A stretch of 64,000 nt of DNA from Candidatus Omnitrophota bacterium (GTDB lineage: Bacteria; Omnitrophota; Gorgyraeia; Zapsychrales; Fredricksoniimonadaceae). A program made the position numbers and the translations under genes. The stretch covers positions 85,558 through 149,557 of the forward strand of contig CAIOPG010000004.1 of the NCBI GenBank assembly GCA_903860135.1. Reading direction: 5' to 3'. The notes below the pieces were generated by a model. That model was given only the letters and a program-made list of their open reading frames with translations, did not search any database and had not been told where the DNA came from. Positions 39,556-49,458 of the stretch are shown in pieces (the first letter of the stretch is position 1; each line of letters begins with the position of its first letter).

Positions 39556-40896
39556 CTATAGATTTATTTGCCGTGTTTTCTCGCTCAACCGCTCACGCAG
39601 GACGGCAAATGCGCCGGGAGGCTCGTTGCAAGGGACCCAGCAGGCATGGAGGCCGCCGTGGATCGCCTCAACAGGTTTTTGCTTATCGTCATACAGCGCA
39701 TCGACCCTCAGAACGACATCCTTGTCCGGCAAACACAGCTCATAAGAACCACCTTTACAGATCGGATTGCGCGGCTCGATCTGCATCAGCTTCTTGACCG
39801 GATCATAAGCCCGAACAATCCCCGTAAAACGATATAGCAACGACACAGACAATCCGGAATCATAATTCAGTGCCGCAGCGCCCGGATTCCCGTGCAGGAA
39901 ACCTGTTGTGAACCCGCGGCTCGATGTTGCCAAGACCTCCCTCAGGCCTTGTGGGTCAAACGGCTTGCCGGCCTCAAGATCATCGATCGCCCGGCGATAC
40001 GCGCGCGTGATCATGGCCACATAATAAACTGATTTGGAACGGCCTTCGACCTTGAAACTATGAACCCCCGCCGCCACCAGCGCGTTCAAATGTTCGATCA
40101 GGCACAGGTCCTTCGCATTCATCAGATAGGTCCCGTTGCTGTCTTCATCCACGGGCATCATCGCCCCCGGGCGCTTGCTTTCTTCCAGATAAAATGCATC
40201 AGTCAAGGCCGAATGTTCGTCTTGCGGCTGATCTTTTCTAAACACCTTGTACGGCCACCGGCAGGAGTTGGTGCACGCCCCCTGGTTCGAATCGCGCCCG
40301 ACCAGATAACTGGAGATCAGGCAACGCCCGGAATAAGCGATGCAGATCGCGCCATGCACAAAAGACTCCAGCTCGACCTCAGGGCAATGCTCCCGGATCT
40401 CGCGAATCTCGCCCGCATTCAATTCTCGCGAAAGGATGATCCGCCGGACCCCCATCTTTTGCCAGAAGGTCACGGTGGCATGATTGACCGTGTTGGCCTG
40501 GACAGACAAATGAATGGCCGCCTGGGGATGATTTTCACGCATGAGCATGATCAGCCCCGGATCTGACATGATCCACGCATCGGGCTGACAAAGCTTCAGC
40601 GTCGCCCCGATAGATTTGAGGCAGGGATTGATCTTGCTATTGTGAGGAAAGATATTGGCCGTCACATAGGCCTTTTTACCGAGGCCATGGGCGTAATGAA
40701 CAGCCTCAGCGACGTCTTCAAGTTTCCTGAACCCGTTCTCACGCGCCCGCAAAGAAAACGAAGGCATCCCCAGATAAACCGCATCGGCCCCAAACGCCAG
40801 GGCAAAGCGCAGTTTCTCCAAATTTCCCGCTGGCATTAAAAGTTCGATATTACCCATAGCAAAATTCCTCATCCCTGTTTTCTCCCTCAAGATCAA
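39556..40896 (-). CDS. trhP: Peptidase U32-family tRNA hydroxylase (TrhP/YegQ-like)
   Basis: ELLMPAG, HGAICIAYSGRC, NQGACTNSCRW and KVEGRSKS. Confidence 0.85.
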   Translation of the reverse strand: MILREKTGMRNFAMGNIELLMPAGNLEKLRFALAFGADAVYLGMPSFSLRARENGFRKLEDVAEAVHYAHGLGKKAYVTANIFPHNSKINPCLKSIGATLKLCQPDAWIMSDPGLIMLMRENHPQAAIHLSVQANTVNHATVTFWQKMGVRRIILSRELNAGEIREIREHCPEVELESFVHGAICIAYSGRCLISSYLVGRDSNQGACTNSCRWPYKVFRKDQPQDEHSALTDAFYLEESKRPGAMMPVDEDSNGTYLMNAKDLCLIEHLNALVAAGVHSFKVEGRSKSVYYVAMITRAYRRAIDDLEAGKPFDPQGLREVLATSSRGFTTGFLHGNPGAAALNYDSGLSVSLLYRFTGIVRAYDPVKKLMQIEPRNPICKGGSYELCLPDKDVVLRVDALYDDKQKPVEAIHGGLHACWVPCNEPPGAFAVLRERLSEKTRQINL

Positions 40897-40914
40897 TGCG
40901 CCCGACGTCAGTCA

Positions 40915-42498
40915 TCACATTTCAGTTATATGGACCTCAGCGGCTGTCTTCTGCACAGGAAAAAGAAGCGCAACAGGAATAAGGGCCAGAAACATGAACA
41001 TCAGCAAGAAAGAAATATCATTATAAGCGATCATCTCTGCCTGTTTGGTGACCAACCCGTTGATGAGTGCCAGCGACGCCGGATAAGACTGCCCCATGCT
41101 CAAGCCATGCGCGTGAAGAAGCCCGACGGCCTGTCGATACATGGTGACCGCTTGAACATGCCAAGCATTAATATGTGTTGCCAAAAACGCATGGTGGATC
41201 TGCGTGTAACGTTCGAGTAAAGTCGCCATCAGGGCATACCCGATGTTCCCGCCTACCTGTTGAAATAAATTGAACAACCCTGCCGCCGACGTCATGTTTT
41301 CCCTGGAAATAGTGCTTAGGCTGACCGTCGACAAGGTGACAAAGACAAACGGCATCCCGGCACCCATAATAAAAAGGATCGGCATAATATTATCCTGCCC
41401 TGCGGTCGTAGCTAAATGCCCCAGCTGGAAATAGGAAAAGGCAACGACCAGCATACCAAAGACCATCAAGCCACGGGAATCAACCAGATTATACAATCTC
41501 CCCACGATCGGCAAAACACACAAGAGCGCCAACGCACGCGGCATGAGGACGAGCCCTGCCTGAAATGCCGGGTAATTCAACAGCCGTTGCGTAAACTGCG
41601 GCAAAATAAAAGTCGTGCCATAAAGCGCAATGCCCATCAAAAGGATAATAACAACACCCATGGAAAACTGGGGGTTCTTGAAGATATGAAAATCCACGAC
41701 GGGTTCTTTGGATATAAAAAGTTCCCAGTACACCATGCCAGCCAGGATCAACACCGTAACAACTGTGCCCCAGAGAATAAGCGGCGACCCGAACCAGCTC
41801 ATCTCCTGTCCGCGTTGAAGGATCGTTTGAAGGCCTGTTAAACCAAGAGACAAAAGAAGAATGCCCATCGTGTCGATCGATTTAATGCCCCGTTTCAAGT
41901 AAGCCGGGTCATGGACAAAAAGAAAAACCATGATCATGCCCAGAATGCTAAAGGGGATGTTGATGTAAAAGATCCACGGCCAGCCGTAATGATCCGTAAG
42001 CCAGCCACCAGCCACAGGACCGATCGCCGGCGCCACCACAACGCCCATCGAAAAGATTGCCATGGCCATCCCCTGCTCTTTCTTGGGAAAAGTCTCTCTC
42101 AGGATAGCTTGCGAAATAGGGATGAGACTGCCTCCGCCAATACCTTGAAGCACACGGTACAGGATCATCTCGGGAAATGTATGCGCAGTTCCCGCAAGGA
42201 TCGAACCGACGGTAAAAATAGCAAAGGAAATAAGATAAAGCTTTTTTCGTCCCAGTAACGCCGTCCACCATCCGGCCATCGTGACCATGATGACCGCCGC
42301 GATACTGTACGCTGTCGCGATCCAGGTGATGGCCGACAGGTTCTGCCCGAAACTGCCCATCATGTGCGGCAACGCCACGTTGACAATGCTAACATCCATC
42401 ACGGACATGAAAGCCCCGACCATGACGGCCGCGCACACAAGCCACTTGTTGGGATTATGGTCTTTCTTGCCGCGTAGCCATTTCAGGAAAAACGCCAT
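40915..42498 (-). CDS. emrB: DHA2-family MFS efflux permease (second EmrB-like)
   Basis: DVSIVNVAL, RVLQGIGGG and WIFYINIP. Confidence 0.9.
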   Translation of the reverse strand: MAFFLKWLRGKKDHNPNKWLVCAAVMVGAFMSVMDVSIVNVALPHMMGSFGQNLSAITWIATAYSIAAVIMVTMAGWWTALLGRKKLYLISFAIFTVGSILAGTAHTFPEMILYRVLQGIGGGSLIPISQAILRETFPKKEQGMAMAIFSMGVVVAPAIGPVAGGWLTDHYGWPWIFYINIPFSILGMIMVFLFVHDPAYLKRGIKSIDTMGILLLSLGLTGLQTILQRGQEMSWFGSPLILWGTVVTVLILAGMVYWELFISKEPVVDFHIFKNPQFSMGVVIILLMGIALYGTTFILPQFTQRLLNYPAFQAGLVLMPRALALLCVLPIVGRLYNLVDSRGLMVFGMLVVAFSYFQLGHLATTAGQDNIMPILFIMGAGMPFVFVTLSTVSLSTISRENMTSAAGLFNLFQQVGGNIGYALMATLLERYTQIHHAFLATHINAWHVQAVTMYRQAVGLLHAHGLSMGQSYPASLALINGLVTKQAEMIAYNDISFLLMFMFLALIPVALLFPVQKTAAEVHITEM

Positions 42499-42509
42499 AA
42501 AACCACTGT

Positions 42510-43397
42510 TCAGTTAGTCTCAATTGTGGGAAGAACGGACATGCCCAGTGCCAGCGGCTTATCTAGGCTGACAGCGTCATCAAAGACGATCTTAACAGGT
42601 ACGCGCTGGATAACCTTGATATAATTCCCGGTTGCGTTCTCAGCCGGCAGAAGGCTGAAACGTGATCCGGTCCCATGCTGGATGCTGTCCACATGCCCAT
42701 GGAAAACCTTGCCCGGATAAGCATCGACGGAGAACAGCACCTTGGCACCAGGATGAATATGTGTCATTTGGGTTTCTTTGAAATTGGCCGTGATCCATCT
42801 GCCCGCAGGCACGATCGCCAGCAATGTTTGGCCTTGCTGGACATAAGCTCCCGGCTCAACTGCTTTTTGGGCAACCTGCCCGTCTTCGGGCGCCCGAATT
42901 CTGGTATAAGATAAATCAAGTTCTGCCTGTTCCAGTCGGGCCTTGGCACCATCCAACTTGGCCTGGGCTGTGTCCACGCGCAAGGTTGATCGTTCATACT
43001 GTTGCACGGAAATATCCTTTTTAACCCACAGGTCACGGTAGCGGCGCGCATCCTGGTTGGCCTGTTTAAACTCGGCAAAAGCCTCTTTCAAGTCGGCCGT
43101 AGCCAGATCCACACGCACACCGTAATCACGGCGATCAATTTCGAATAAAGTTTGCCCGCCTTTAACCATTTCATTATCAACCACACCAACCTTGACAACG
43201 TGTCCTGACACCTTCGGGCTAACAGCAATCACATGACCGTCAATGAACGCGTCATCCGTCGATTCATGCCCGGAGGCGTATGAAATAGCCCAATAACACA
43301 GGACGCAGACCCCCAGGACGCCGACGCCCAACACAACGCGCCAACGCTGATCCATGCCATAAAATTTCTTAACAACTTTATTGTGCATACATGCCAC
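42510..43397 (-). CDS. emrA: HlyD/EmrA membrane fusion protein
   Basis: STDDAFI, ANFKETQ and ENATGNYIKVIQRVPV. Confidence 0.92.
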   Translation of the reverse strand: MACMHNKVVKKFYGMDQRWRVVLGVGVLGVCVLCYWAISYASGHESTDDAFIDGHVIAVSPKVSGHVVKVGVVDNEMVKGGQTLFEIDRRDYGVRVDLATADLKEAFAEFKQANQDARRYRDLWVKKDISVQQYERSTLRVDTAQAKLDGAKARLEQAELDLSYTRIRAPEDGQVAQKAVEPGAYVQQGQTLLAIVPAGRWITANFKETQMTHIHPGAKVLFSVDAYPGKVFHGHVDSIQHGTGSRFSLLPAENATGNYIKVIQRVPVKIVFDDAVSLDKPLALGMSVLPTIETN

Positions 43398-43404
43398 CTG
43401 TTTT

Positions 43405-44760
43405 TTAGCTATGCGTTAACTGAAACATTTTAATATGGCCGACGGCGGAGTAGTAATTGACCCTGCTCATATGATATTTAGCCAAGACGCTGACGTAAGA
43501 CTCGCGTGCGCGCTCCAGAATAGTATGCGCATCGATAAGTTCAATATTATTCGCCAGACCGTCGGCGTACTGATCTTTGGCTAAATTCTCCTGTTCTATG
43601 GCCAGGTCCAATTCTTCCTGGGCCGCTTTAACCTGCAGCGTACTTGTTCCCAGTGCCTGCACCGCCAAGCGCACATCTTCTTCAACCTGAGCTTGGATAT
43701 CATCTCGTTGGATCTCTTCCTGAACTTTCTGGCTCTGGCTTTCTTTGATCTGGCCTTCGATAAGACCACCTTCAAAAACAGGCACACTGACACGCATGCC
43801 GATTTGAGCAACATCATGGATCTGCCGATGGGGTTCAGCGCCGGATCTGCCATAATTGCCAGTGACTTCAACACTGGGAAGCCTGGCCTGCCTAGCTTTG
43901 GACAACTCAACCTGGCGATATGCAACCTTCCTGTTAGCCATCTTCATTTCAAGGCGGTCTTTAAATGCCACCTCGATCGCGTTGTCAGTGGCAGGCATCG
44001 GCTCCGCATCGAACCCGAGCGATTCACCGAGCGTTATCTCACTGCCCAGGGACACGCCGGTGATGCGCGCCAACTGCAAGCAGGCCGCTTGAAAACGCTC
44101 CACTGTCTCAAGTCTACGGGCATTTTCTTGAGCCAACCGCGTCCTGGCCCTCACAAGATCCAATTTGGTCACAATCCCGGCTTGGAGCTGATGATCGGCC
44201 AGATCCACTAATTCACGGGCCAGCAGAATATCCTGTTCAATGGCTTTCAGGTGCTCCTTGGCACTCAAGACGTCCAGATACGCAAGCGCAGCGCTAACGG
44301 TGATTTGATCGCGGGTCAGGTCATCTTGCAAGCGTGCGATCATGACATCCAGATCAGCGGCCTTTAGCTTGGAAAACGCCGCGAGATCAAAAACACGCGC
44401 GATCAGGTAAACCCTCGTGTCGAACGAATTGTAAGGACCAACCACACCGAAATCCGGAAAACCGGCCGCCGCATAGTTATCCCAATAGGTCCGTGACTGA
44501 GAGGCGCTGACAGTCACATGCGGCAGGAGGTCGGAGCGATCCTGAATCCGGCGCGCCTTGGCCGCATTCACGCGCTCATAAGCCAGCCTTTTTAACACAT
44601 TATTGGTCAAGGCACGCTCAATAGCCTGCGACAGGCTCATGGTGATCGTCGTGCCCCTGTCATTGAGCTCTTCTGTCGTCGACACGGCGCCGAAGCCCAT
44701 GCTGCTGAAAGCTGCGCCCCATGAACAGCTGAGGGCCATGACTATAATTATTTTCTTCAT
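43405..44760 (-). CDS. TolC-family outer membrane protein
   Basis: Signal peptide, OEP repeats, operon position. Confidence 0.88.
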   Translation of the reverse strand: MKKIIIVMALSCSWGAAFSSMGFGAVSTTEELNDRGTTITMSLSQAIERALTNNVLKRLAYERVNAAKARRIQDRSDLLPHVTVSASQSRTYWDNYAAAGFPDFGVVGPYNSFDTRVYLIARVFDLAAFSKLKAADLDVMIARLQDDLTRDQITVSAALAYLDVLSAKEHLKAIEQDILLARELVDLADHQLQAGIVTKLDLVRARTRLAQENARRLETVERFQAACLQLARITGVSLGSEITLGESLGFDAEPMPATDNAIEVAFKDRLEMKMANRKVAYRQVELSKARQARLPSVEVTGNYGRSGAEPHRQIHDVAQIGMRVSVPVFEGGLIEGQIKESQSQKVQEEIQRDDIQAQVEEDVRLAVQALGTSTLQVKAAQEELDLAIEQENLAKDQYADGLANNIELIDAHTILERARESYVSVLAKYHMSRVNYYSAVGHIKMFQLTHS

Positions 44761-44768
44761 ATGATTCT

Positions 44769-45299
44769 CTATCCTCGCGCCCCCTGGATGGCGGTCCTTA
44801 ATTTCTCGAGCAAACGATTGAACGTCTTTTTATCTTCTAGGCTTAAACCAGCAAAAATGCTGGCGATGACCGCGTGATAATCGGGAAGAAAAGCATCCAA
44901 AAGGGATTCCCCTTTCTTTGTTATCCTGGCAATACAGACGCGCCGGTCTTTGGCATCATAAACGCGCTCAACCCAACCCTGCTTGATCAAACTGTTCACC
45001 AATCCGGTTACATTGGCGCGGCTGACCAGTAAAAGGCGGCTGATCTGATTATGCTGACACCCCTTGCCTTCACTGCTCCGCAAGATCGTAAGCACGTTCA
45101 ATCCGGCCCTGGTCAAGCCTTGTGCGCTTGTTTGATGCGACAAATGGGCCGACATGGACTCAATGGTATAAATAAAATTAAGGAACGTTTCCGCCGTGGA
45201 AGAAGAAATCTTCCCGTACCGCCGGCTCGATTCCCGAAAACGCTCCCACGCTTTCTCAACGCGGCGCGGGTCATTATTTGCTTTATCCAAGTTTTTCAT
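44769..45299 (-). CDS. MarR-family regulator
   Basis: VSRANVTGLV..GWVER..DRR..TKKG; start reassigned to MKNLDK because the track start lies in the -35 box. Confidence 0.92.
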   Translation of the reverse strand: MKNLDKANNDPRRVEKAWERFRESSRRYGKISSSTAETFLNFIYTIESMSAHLSHQTSAQGLTRAGLNVLTILRSSEGKGCQHNQISRLLLVSRANVTGLVNSLIKQGWVERVYDAKDRRVCIARITKKGESLLDAFLPDYHAVIASIFAGLSLEDKKTFNRLLEKLRTAIQGARG

Positions 45300-45307
45300 A
45301 GACGTGT

Positions 45308-45335
45308 ATCTTAAAACGCCCGCACTTATTGTCAA
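45308..45335 (-). promoter_or_regulatory. Sigma70 promoter of marR
   Basis: TTGACA-16 nt-TAAGAT, 8 nt before the ATG. Confidence 0.6.
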
Positions 45336-45421
45336 GCAATTAACTGTTAATGACTAAACTATTTTGGCTAAAAATGAACGTGCTCGCAGAAGGATGGTCG
45401 ATGTCATCGGTGCCAATTAAC

Positions 45422-46567
45422 TCACGGCTTAAAGAACTCATTGCCCCAAAGCTTCTCAAGAAAGGTTTCCCATGGCAAAGCGATTATCCCGGGAGCGATC
45501 CGCCGTGGCTCCTTTTCCAGTGAAACAATGCAGGCGTGTCTTACAGGCCCATCTTGAAGCAACGTCGAAAGAACGCGCGCATCGCCTTCATGGACCCGCG
45601 CCGAAGACTTAACCTCAATAGCAAGTTCTTTATCCCCCAGAATAAAATCAACTTCCTGCCCTGAACTTGTACGCCAATAGCTCAACGGCAGATCGGGGTA
45701 ACAATACGCCTGAAAAGCACAAAGCTCCATAAAAATAAAATGCTCGAATGATTTTCCAAAGTCAGCATTACCCTGCTGTGGATGCCGGCCGGCCAGATGG
45801 TTAGCAACACCCACATCAAAAAGATAGAACTTTTCCGTTTGGATCATCCGGCGGTTCGCCGACTTCTTCCAGGGTGCCAGCCTCCGGCCGAGATGCGTAT
45901 CTTCAAGAATGCTAAAATAGTTGCGTACGATATTATGTTTGACCCCCGTCTCACGGGCGATATTGACATAATTGATCAGTTCACTCGATGTCAGCGCCGC
46001 CACCCGCAAAAACTCATTGAACGCCGGGATATTTTGCGTCAACGCTTCAGCGGCGATCTCCTCTTTTAGATAATCAGCAAAATAAGCCCTCAAATCCTCC
46101 GCCGGTGCTGTCGAAAGGATATGCGGGGGCAAAAGCCCGGACCTCATCACGCGTTCAAGATCAAACCCCTGTATTTCACTCCAGGACAACGGGCACATGG
46201 ACCTGCGCCACGCCCGTCCCCCAAGCATATTGGCATGACCACGTTTAAGCTTGCGCGCGCTTGATCCGGTCAAAAGAAAAGAGGCTCCCCGGTTTTCGAT
46301 CATCCAGTGGACCTCATCCAGCAAGGCAGGAACCTTCTGTACCTCGTCGATCACAAGCAGACCCTTGTGATCGTAGTACCTTTCTCGAAGCAACGCTGGC
46401 CGCGAAGAATAATCCGCAAACACATCGGTCTTCAAAAGATCGATGACCTTGGCTTGCGGCAAATGATGTTTGATCCAGTAACTTTTACCTGTCTTACGCG
46501 GCCCCCAAAGGAACGCCGACTTGCCATTGGGAAGATCAAGCTTGAACTGTCTTTGGATAATTTTCAT
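45422..46567 (-). CDS. AAA_14 ATPase + DUF4143 (C-terminal PD-(D/E)xK-like) protein
   Basis: GPRKTGKS, IDEVQ, LTGSS, KFYLFDVG and EVDFIL..IEVK. Confidence 0.9.
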   Translation of the reverse strand: MKIIQRQFKLDLPNGKSAFLWGPRKTGKSYWIKHHLPQAKVIDLLKTDVFADYSSRPALLRERYYDHKGLLVIDEVQKVPALLDEVHWMIENRGASFLLTGSSARKLKRGHANMLGGRAWRRSMCPLSWSEIQGFDLERVMRSGLLPPHILSTAPAEDLRAYFADYLKEEIAAEALTQNIPAFNEFLRVAALTSSELINYVNIARETGVKHNIVRNYFSILEDTHLGRRLAPWKKSANRRMIQTEKFYLFDVGVANHLAGRHPQQGNADFGKSFEHFIFMELCAFQAYCYPDLPLSYWRTSSGQEVDFILGDKELAIEVKSSARVHEGDARVLSTLLQDGPVRHACIVSLEKEPRRIAPGIIALPWETFLEKLWGNEFFKP

Positions 46568-46576
46568 AGTAGATGA

Positions 46577-46605
46577 AGTTTATCCGGATAAACTCATGTT
46601 GTCAA
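46577..46605 (-). promoter_or_regulatory. Promoter with an 18-bp perfect palindrome
   Basis: TTGACA-17-TAAACT; AGTTTATCCGGATAAACT (46577-46594) covers the spacer and -10. Confidence 0.65.
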
Positions 46606-46812
46606 TAAATTTATCCCCTGCACTAAGACTACGGCGTTAAGGATAAATTATTGCTTTGTTGTATTAACCCGGATTAAGCGAATAACACACCTCTCAAATT
46701 GTTTCTTAAACTTTTGCTATCTCATCACATCATCCCCAGAAACAACCCTTGGGGTCCTTTTTTACTTCAAGCATAGCCGCATCAAGGGATGCGTACTCCT
46801 CACCTGACAGGT

Positions 46813-47222
46813 TTATGTCCGCTTCATGTCGGGTTTGTCGGGTTTATGTCGGGTTAAGATATACTGCGTATTGCGACCAGTCTTTCCGATACCGGGAATT
46901 CATTTCACTGACGCGACCTTCTCTTTCCCTTTGTGTGTTAAACGATATTTCTGCAAACGACTGGGGCCTCCACTGGGCCCCAGATTGCTCCACTTCTCAA
47001 CATGCCGACAAGAAAGTGAATCTCGCGTCAACCAGTTACGCAGACATTTCCCAGCCCTTAAATACTCCCCATTTATGTAAATAATATCTGCGGAAATTTA
47101 TTCCGCTAAGTTTCCGCTAAATTTCCGCTAACACATACGCGGTGTTTCTATCACCCGTCCCGACTTTCTTGACAAGCCCCTTTTCAGCCATCGCAGACAA
47201 ATCATTCCGAGCCGTCCTAATG
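46813..47222 (-). pseudogene. Stacked 3'-terminal fragments of winged-helix-ending (Fic-like / AlbA-RecG-C-like) genes
   Basis: GIGKTGRNTQYILTRHKPDKPDMKRT* (46813-46893), SRLQKYRLTHKGKEKVASVK* (46900-46962) and IRTARNDLSAMAEKGLVKKVGTGDRNTAYVLAEI* (47117-47222). Confidence 0.65.
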
Positions 47223-47964
47223 ACCAAGTCCTTACCATTTACCAATCGCGACAATCTGTCACGATTATTGTCGTGATTATTGCCGTACGACCTGACCACC
47301 ACCGTGCAGTACATGGCAAATCTCAATCCGAACTAATCGTGCCGTAATCATGCCATAATCGTGCCATTGTAGTGCTCGAGTCATTGACTCCATTTGTATC
47401 TCAGGCTCCGGCCACTGACAACGCCTTCTGCCAACCTTTTCTAACCACCAACTTCAAGACCGTGCAGTGACCGTGCAGTCGAATATCAGGAAGCTAATTC
47501 ATACCTAATAAGGCTCCCGCTACCAATTCGCCTAAAAACTCGCTTAGCTATAAGATCACTTTTATTCGCCTAATTAAAGTTCGAATGAAGGTCTTGTAGT
47601 CCAGAAATTTAGAAGTTAAAAGATTCATTATTTAATTATGAATCCACTCTCTGAATCCGTACTCAAAAATCTAGATCACAAAATAAACTTCTTGCCTCTC
47701 TGCCATCAAGAATACCACCCGCTCTGGAGGGATTTAAACCGTTCTCTCTAGTTTACGACCATATTACCGACGGTAGAAGCCCGCCCTATATAAGTATTAT
47801 TGCTTAAACTAGCGACCAGAAACTAGGAGAGGATTGGGTTGTTTCTGGCAACAATATTTGCCTTTAGCGCTCTCTATTTGTCGACGGAGATAAGATGGCA
47901 GGAAGAATCGAATATCGACGAGAAATACAATGCCGTAACCATTTGAAACGTCGCAAGAAAGTGT

Positions 47965-47997
47965 GGTGGGCTACAGGACGTATTCCGCAACCCGACC
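47965..47997 (+). repeat. att-like arm B, copy 1
   Basis: 33 bp identical to 54519-54551; similarity continues for about 30 more bp. Confidence 0.88.
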
Positions 47998-48129
47998 GAT
48001 GAGTTCAAGACAGAAGTTCTAACCTACACAGTACATTCCTCAAAACAGTTCAAACTGACTACAGCCTAATTTAACCCCGCGCTGTTAACCAATCATGCAG
48101 AAATCTTTCCAAGTGAGCTCCTTACAGCC

Positions 48130-49458
48130 TCATTTTGACGTCCCCGCTGAATCCACACAAGAATATGCCGCCAAAGGATCACACCCCTTAATGACAAGAA
48201 CAGCCCAAGCCCCTCCAATAGCACTCAAATTCCCAGCAGCCGGCGTTCGATTTTCATGACCTATTTCAGCATCCGACAAGGTGGCGTACGAAAAAGCCAG
48301 TCCGCCAGAGTCCGAGATAGCGAAGGTCCATAGTTGCCCCAACAATTTCTCTTTCTTTTGCTGATAGATCTCCGCCTTCTGGATCTCACCCAACCGCCTA
48401 TAATCACTCGCTAACCTACTATATGCATTGATCAATTGGAAAGTCCACTCGAAAGAAATCATTTGCGGCCGCTTCAACTCAGCCATTCGCTTCTTATCTG
48501 TAAAATCAACCCCACGGATAATGGCATCCCCCTTGCCCGGAACAGTAAAAGAACTCTCCGAAAAACAATTCTTCTCCACAAACTCAATCACTCTTTCTGC
48601 GGCCCCGGGCTCAATGCGATCCAAGCCCTCCACCCCCAATGCAGAAACTCCCCAACTCTGCACATCTGTGGCAACCGTTTCATCCTGATAACCACGGTTA
48701 AAACGATGCTCTGATTTATTCCAGGCGCCTGATTTAAGCCAATGCAGACAATCGGCAGCCGCTAATTGATATTTTGCTTTCCCCGTCGTCTGGAAAAGTT
48801 TATGGAATAACGCATAGGCATCAATAGTAACCTCTGTCGCATAAACCTGATAGAACTCCGGCTTCTCAACATCATACCCAATATGCTGATCGGCAGGATA
48901 GGCGGCATCTCCTTTAGGCCCTAAAGCTACTCCTCCAAAGTTGCCGCTTTGCTTATCAGTATTCTGCAGGGAAAGAGCGAAGTCTGCGATCTTCTCGGCA
49001 AGCTCTAAATACTTTTTGTCTCCGGTCTTCAAATAAAGATCAAAACCCGCCATCCCCATCCAGATATTGGCTCCACTGCGAACAGACCAATCCCTACCCG
49101 AGAAAGGTTTACCGGCGATATAACACTCAATGATCCCTCCCAACCGCCAAACTTCAGGAATCTCAATATAATAATCCAATATTTTTCTTGCCTCAGCATA
49201 TTTACCGGAAGCAGAATACGCCAATGCAACAACCGCGGCGTCATATGTGATCGTCCAATGCAGAAAACGCTCATCCCCCACATGACTGAACGGAAGACCA
49301 CTTTCCTGGTTACGATTAACCATTAACCACGTCAGAAAATGCTCGGAATCATGTGCCCTGCCAACATCGACAGTCGGTTCGACACAAAGCGCAGCTCCGC
49401 TCATAAGAAAGAACAAAAATCCACTCGTAATAAATCTTGTAAGGCCATGAGCCATCAT
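48130..49458 (-). CDS. Exported (alpha/alpha)-barrel glycosidase-like protein
   Basis: Signal peptide; helical-hairpin pattern TYDAAVVALA, GDKKYLELA, TGKAKYQLAA and EWT.Q; activity is not assignable. Confidence 0.6.
   Translation of the reverse strand: MMAHGLTRFITSGFLFFLMSGAALCVEPTVDVGRAHDSEHFLTWLMVNRNQESGLPFSHVGDERFLHWTITYDAAVVALAYSASGKYAEARKILDYYIEIPEVWRLGGIIECYIAGKPFSGRDWSVRSGANIWMGMAGFDLYLKTGDKKYLELAEKIADFALSLQNTDKQSGNFGGVALGPKGDAAYPADQHIGYDVEKPEFYQVYATEVTIDAYALFHKLFQTTGKAKYQLAAADCLHWLKSGAWNKSEHRFNRGYQDETVATDVQSWGVSALGVEGLDRIEPGAAERVIEFVEKNCFSESSFTVPGKGDAIIRGVDFTDKKRMAELKRPQMISFEWTFQLINAYSRLASDYRRLGEIQKAEIYQQKKEKLLGQLWTFAISDSGGLAFSYATLSDAEIGHENRTPAAGNLSAIGGAWAVLVIKGCDPLAAYSCVDSAGTSK

Noticed and set aside
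47117-47326. 69-aa ORF as an intact gene
   Set aside because: Appears to be a chance in-frame fusion of separate gene-tail fragments.
47772-47788. GTAG..AGCCCGCCCT as a further RAYT REP copy
   Set aside because: Only a half palindrome; could be chance.
46600-47950. CRISPR array or integron attC array in the long intergenic region
   Set aside because: No recurring constant repeat or regular spacing, and no cas or intI gene; each short repeat family is different.
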